From Eledone cirrhosa (taxonomy: Eukaryota), in NCBI GenBank assembly GCA_964016885.1, contig OZ024740.1:243784001-243848000 (forward strand): DNA of 64,000 nt. Direction: 5' to 3'. Below are positions 58,045-64,000 of the stretch, in pieces. The notes under the pieces were generated by a model. That model saw nothing but the letters and a program-made list of their open reading frames with translations, was not told the origin of the DNA and searched no databases. Position 1 is the stretch's first letter. Each line of letters starts with the position of its first letter. The translations under genes and the position numbers were made by a program.

Positions 58045-60056
58045 CGTATATATCATCTCTCTCACTCTCTCTCTTCTACCTGTCTAACTGCGTGTCTCAA
58101 CCTCTTCTTTCCTCTCAATTTCCCCTTATCTTGCAATACATACACCACTTTCTCCACCCTTTCTTCATATATTCATTCTATACTTGTACCCAGAAGCAGG
58201 GATGTGGAGAGGAGGTCCAGCTTGGTACCATGTAATATTTGGTACGATAAGTTTTTTTTATCTCTGACAACCATCTGAAACACATTCAATTTCCTGAGTG
58301 GCTTACATTCGCTACTTCATTTTTTAAAGCCCTCATCTGTATTCCTTCCATTATTCAGTATTATAAACATCTTTGAACGCTACAAGGAGGACTTGAATTT
58401 GTCTCCCAATCAAACGAAATATACTCCAAGTCAATTCTTCTCCCACGAAGCTATACAACCTATGTATTTGTATAAAGATTTATGAACAAGCTCTCAGAAG
58501 AGAATTTAAGTAAATAAGTGATCTAAGAAAATATAAAGTGATTGAGAAAATCACAGTGAAACAGACGATACATATTGGTTTATTAACAAAAAATATATTC
58601 ATTTCTGGAGACGATAAAATATTCATTCCGAACATACGTACAAGGTAGACAGAAAGACAACATATATTATTAACAAAGCAAGAACAAGAAAGGAGCTAAA
58701 CTAATCGAGGAAAGTAATTTGAAAGTGGTGACCCCTTTCATCTGAAAACATGTATCAGTTGTGTCTGATATTGCTGTGTGTTAGCTTGTGTTCAATGTTT
58801 AAACCCTCTGTTGAGTTCTGTTATGAAGAAAATGCCAACACGGAATTCACAAGTAAGTTCTAAAACACATACTTCTATCTAATATGTCTGAGAATATGTT
58901 TTTTTTCCCCTACAGTTTCCTGCTACGACCTAACTTCCTAGATGTTTCTAATCAGACGTTCCTTAGGCGTCGAATTGACAGAGTCATTAGAAAGTCAGAT
59001 TAAATATTTTGCAGTATTTGTCCAGGCTCTTGCTCTCTGAGTTCAAATCTGGCCGAAGTCAACTTCGTCTTTTATTCACCACATTTCAACACAATCCATT
59101 CATAAACACAACCATCATAATGGTTTCTAATTTAGGCACAAGACCAACTATCTCGGGGAAGGGAAAGTCGATTAAATCGACCTCCATGCGTAACTGGTAC
59201 TTTATTTTATTGACCCTTTAAGGATGAAATGCAAAGCTGACATTTGAACTCAGGATTTGAACTCAGAACGTGAAGAGCCGCAACTCTATGACGCAAAGTA
59301 TGTTGTCCGATGCTTTACCGATACTGTCGATCCACCACCCTTATACACAGCCTTTATAATGAAAACTATTAATAAGGGTCTAATTTAAAAAAAAAGCAGT
59401 GAATTGGCAGAGTAATTAGGGTGTCGAATTAAATGTCTTGGGGTATTTATTCCAGCTGTCGGGATTACTAGTTCGAATTCCGCCAAAGTCAACTTTGCCT
59501 TATACTCTTTCAGAATCGATAAGTACGCGTCCTGAGCAGTGTAATAGCAGAATTGTTATAATGTTGGACGGGATGACTTGCAGTATCTATTTCAGCTCTT
59601 TTGCATTCGGAGATCGTCTGCTACAATATTGTATTGGTCTTTGCCTTTCCCTTCAAAAACATTGGTAGTGAGGAAAGGAGAAGATTGTATGCATGAGCGA
59701 CTGTTAGCGCTCCGCAAAAAAAGACCTTGCACAGGCTTGCGCTTCAGAAAGGAATTTAGCAGATGTATATCCAGGGTCTAACTTGACATATATAAAACCT
59801 GGATATGATTTTCCCAATTCATTTCCTCTATCTCCCCCTCTCCCTGCGACTGAGCCTCGAACAATAGGTGACGACGAGAATGTACTGTCTATCGTCGTTG
59901 TTTACTTTGACTGATGGTCAAATTTTGCATATATATATATATATATATAGTAGAACACTGGGGGAGGGGGGGGGGGGGGTTATATCCATAGTAGTAGAGC
60001 ACTCAGTCCATGGGACGAGTTTGGTAGAAGTAGTTCCACAACAGTTAGTTCACCAT

Positions 60057-60168
60057 ACTGAGAACAATTGTTTCACCTTATTCAGATCCTCAGCTCGGTC
60101 TAAATGAAATTCATTTAGACCGTAGACCGAGCTGATGATCCGAATAAGGTGAAACAATTGTTCTCAGT
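60057..60168. ncRNA. Head-to-head pair of family G hammerheads (G2 60057-60099 -, G3 60126-60168 +)
   Basis: Same fold as 40560-40602; fold-back 60024-60200 centred near 60110. Confidence 0.8.
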
Positions 60169-60649
60169 ATGGTGAACTAACTGTTGTGGAACTACTTCTA
60201 TATATATATATAGTAACAGTTTGATTTAACCCCGCACTACCAGGTTTTTTAAGACAAAAACAGATCTAAATCATCTCAAACGCACATGATGATTCAGATG
60301 TGTTTTCGTCTTGAAATTGCCGGTCGTGCAGAAATGAGTCAAACTGTTACTATAGATACTCAACTTCCACATTATGTGTCGATTGCTCTTATCTTTCGTT
60401 TTCGTTTGTACTACATACATACACACACATACATACCCATAACTACATACATACACACACACATACACACACATACACACAGACACATATATAGTTTCCA
60501 TTTGTTAATATATTGTATATTTACTCCAATAATTTGTTGAGTGTTTTATATCAGTTATAAAAATATTTTGCTTGTTGTATCCCAACAAATTAAATATAAC
60601 CTCTACATATATATATATATTGGATTTTAGTCTTCAATTTTATTATTAT

Positions 60650-60696
<47 letters not shown>

Positions 60697-62369
60697 CTTA
60701 CATATATTGATCTTTAGTCTAACCAGCTGAGTTGAATATACTTCACCGAGAAGATCAAATAAAGCCAAAATATGTCTGTTGTTGTCACTAGTTTACCTTA
60801 AAGACCAAATCCACTCCATTTTATATTGTCTATATTGTCGAAAATTTCTGACCCAGTGGTCTTACAGAACTAATCTTATATTTAGATTTTAACTCTCCCT
60901 AGAGGGAGATTTTGTTCTACCTATTGTGTGGATGATCTAATTTGAGTATACATATGTTACTGTAATCTGTCTAATAAGAACTTACTAATTAAACAATTCG
61001 TCGCTTGGTTTAGTAATAGCACATGGATTTGGGGTGACTTTAGTATCCGGTCTAAGTCCCTTCTTTCCACCAGGCTCGAAAGCCTTTAGAGTGGCTATAG
61101 ACGCTGCTCTTCCTCCCCTGTCCGTAAAAAGACTTGCTAATTAGATATCGTCTAACACCATATATTGAATTCTATTTATGAATGTGTTGAGGTGAAGTTT
61201 CCTGGCAGATAATGAGGTAGTGAACTTTAAAAAACAAAACAAAAAAAAAAACAAAAAAAAACAAAATGACAAACAAACAAAAGATTATTCGGAAGCGAGA
61301 GGAGTTAGGTGCAGTGTCCACACTAATAAGGCTGTTACTGTTGATGTTCAGCTTAAACTTCTGTAGGTTGAGGAAATGTTGGTTTGGAAGGAGTTTCAGA
61401 GACGAGACAGTCATGAGCTAAGAGTGAGATTGATAAAAGTTGCGGTGTTTAGGTTTGAGATTCGATAAGGACACTGGGTGGAGGTTTAATAAGATGAATC
61501 TTTAGGAAAACTTCTTGTTGATATACAGCGTTTCCAGGACCCTCAACTTCTGATTGAGTTTTAGAGACACCATAGTGACGTACGTGCATTTAAACGTGTC
61601 TTGGGCATTTAAACTTAAGCGGAGCCATTTGTCGTTATATTATTGCTAGAAGAGACAGAGAAAAGAAACAACGTACAAGTTATTGTTATTATAGTTTAGC
61701 CTCACATTGGTCCTGATTGAGAAAACCTATAACTAAAGGCATTCTGGTCGTGGCCATTCTACCTTTCTATTTTCTAGGGATAGTGTATACCGGACTAAAT
61801 AATTTAATGCAGCATTTCTTTTTCTGAGTTTTCTTTTCTTTTATATTTTTGTAAAGTGGTAGGATGTTATTTGATTGAAATTTCTTACTATTAGTATTTT
61901 TAACAGGTCGAGCAACCATGTAGAAATTTCTTCGTTGATTCACAAAAAGAATGATGAGTGATTCTTTGTTAATTTTCTTAATATTCTTTAATTAGTGTCT
62001 GTTGTTGGTGTTTGTCACCAGGTCAGAGTTGATCAAGCAGACCTATGATCAAAGACATTCCAACCATAATCAGCCATTCTTTTATTTAGTGATACTAAAT
62101 CTGTTTTGTATTTCCTTTGCCTGGGATAGCATAGTGGAAGGTTTGAGAGCTATTTCTAGCATGTCAATTGATAACGTATAGCACCGATTTTCAAACTGCT
62201 GTTTGCAAATGTTATACTGGACGACCGTTTAATTCTTGAGTAGACAAATCTTTCAAAAGCCATGTGTCTGTGGGAAAATTCATTTAAATGAATGGGGTCC
62301 TCGATAACGAAAAGATGGAACCACTGAACTGGAGGTTTCTTCGTGTATATACTAGCAGTATTCACCCAC

Positions 62370-62560
62370 ACATGTGAACACTACGCGAATGCAGAAGATC
62401 GCACCGGTCGCCGTCGAGACATCAGGCGTACTTGGACCCCGTACTGTCGAGCTCCTCAGCATGATTGGAACTTCAGCGGCCCATCTGAGGAAGGAGCCCC
62501 ACGGGTGTCACTGGCTATTGTCTGTGAAAATGCCTCTGTGGTCTTGTCCGCGGGGCGCAG
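62370..62560 (+). mobile_element. CRE-like non-LTR retrotransposon 3' fragment (restriction-like endonuclease C-terminus)
   Basis: APVAVETSGVLGPRTVELLSMIG..EP and, in another frame, RVSLAIVCENASVVL, matching the P.AVET.G / RLS.AIQRGNA signature. Confidence 0.65.
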
Positions 62561-63197
62561 CCACAACACCGTCGCGCCCAAGACCCCTCCCTCCCCTCCC
62601 ATTCTTCTGTAACCCTAGAGCCTTTGCCTTTCTCCTCATTTTCCGTTTTTAAATATCTATAGTGTTGTTATTTGAAATAGATTTGTTTAAGATTTTTTTG
62701 ATTTTTATTAATATGACAGTAAACTAATTACTTAATTACCCGAAAATAAACAAAAAAACAGCTTGCCAATTCAACAGCGCACACACGTATTTGATGAGAC
62801 AACGATATATATTAGTTTACAAGGTTTACACAATTGAGGAATTTGGAGATTATTTAAATAATTTGATCCTGGACTTTCTTCATAATTCACATTTTTAGAG
62901 AAAAAATAAACTTTGCACAAAAATATTTTAAAAGAAAATGTTGTAGATAATGATTGCATCAATGGAATCAATTTTTACCACTTATTCTAAGTGGGTGGGA
63001 ACAGCATGAGAATCGATTAGGAATTTGGCTTTGAAAATGGATGTTTCTCATACTATATAAGCAAAAGGGATATTCAATTTGTTGGTAATTCAACAAATAT
63101 AAATGTTTATAACTGATTAAGAGCACTCGACAGATTTTCTGGAGTATAATATTCAATGATATTAAATAAATGGAAACTATATTTATAAAACCATATT

Positions 63198-63258
63198 TAT
63201 TCTATTATATATATTTCAAGGGTACCAAAACTTTGGTACGCTTTTATCAGATAAAATA
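63198..63258 (-). ncRNA. Hammerhead, family A, diverged copy (A4; core G8A)
   Basis: UAUUUUAU-CUGAUAA-AAG c GUACCAAA gu UUUGGUAC c CUU-GAAA-UAUAUA-UA-AUAGAAUA; lies within a PLE 3' remnant from 63050 onward. Confidence 0.7.
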
Positions 63259-64000
63259 CGAAGTGTGTTTTATAAATTTTGACATAACCAAGAAAAATAC
63301 CTTAACGGTTCAAGTTTTCCTTGGATAGTGAAGGGATAAGAGAAGGAAAGTCAGATATTTCAAATTGTTAAGATGAGTATGCAAACGAGTATGCAAATGA
63401 GGTTGAGGTAAAGGGCTGAAAAAACGTTATTTTAGACGCTATGGAGAATTTAAATAATTATGATATGTGTATGTATGCGTAGGAAAGAAGAAAAATGAAG
63501 AAGAGCTTGTATTTACGTTAATTTGGGGGAAAAGGTGGAATATGATTCCCGAGTTTAAATTTAAATTTATTTACCTATATTATGAGTTATAATATTGTAT
63601 ATATAATCAATTAGATTATATGAAGATTATGGTTGTAAGTATTTTTATCTTATTACATTACAATAGGTTATATGTATATAAATATCTATATAGATTAATA
63701 ATTGTGTATGTATTATTATTATAGAAATAGAAATAATTTACAATTATTGGTTGTTTATATTTCTAATATGAGTTACGAAGGAAGTTGATTTTGTAATTTA
63801 CATAAAAAAATAGGTGGTTCAAGTTGTGAGAGAAGAACAATTTGTAGATTCGAATATTTTGTTCAACATTTAAAATGTTTTCAGAATATTGTTAATTTAG
63901 CGAAGTTATATAGATTATCATACATAATATGTTTATGTTTGAACGATCGAGAAAGGAAAGATAACTCCAATTTTGTTTGTTAACCGTTAAATTTGATGAG

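Noticed and set aside
61490-61570. LRVLETLYINKK on the minus strand, like a PLE endonuclease C-terminus
   Set aside because: Too short and degraded to annotate, and no associated hammerhead was found.

Overview
AT-rich animal genomic DNA dominated by (TA)n/(CA)n microsatellites and decayed transposons. The SINE and LINE repertoire looks like an octopod cephalopod (inference). The only host gene I can support is two terminal exons (+, 16642-16738 and 22560-22724) of a probable alpha/beta-hydrolase-fold protein. The rest is RTE, CR1 and CRE-type LINE fragments, tRNA-derived SINEs, a DD37D (maT) transposon, non-autonomous Helitrons, MITEs, an LTR-derived composite and many Penelope-like element (PLE) remnants. 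The main signal is RNA-level. Read by eye, the window holds about 24 type I hammerhead ribozyme (HHR) motifs from about 10 unrelated families, most with a family-specific palindromic stem III. Two families look non-canonical: one has a recurrent CAGAAGA core with a U.U pair opening stem II, the other has a conserved ~62-nt domain in place of stem II. Most PLE insertions are head-to-head inverted duplications set in (TA)n, and their second arm ends at an internal TA microhomology, which suggests twin priming. All structures were derived manually; no searches or folding programs were run.
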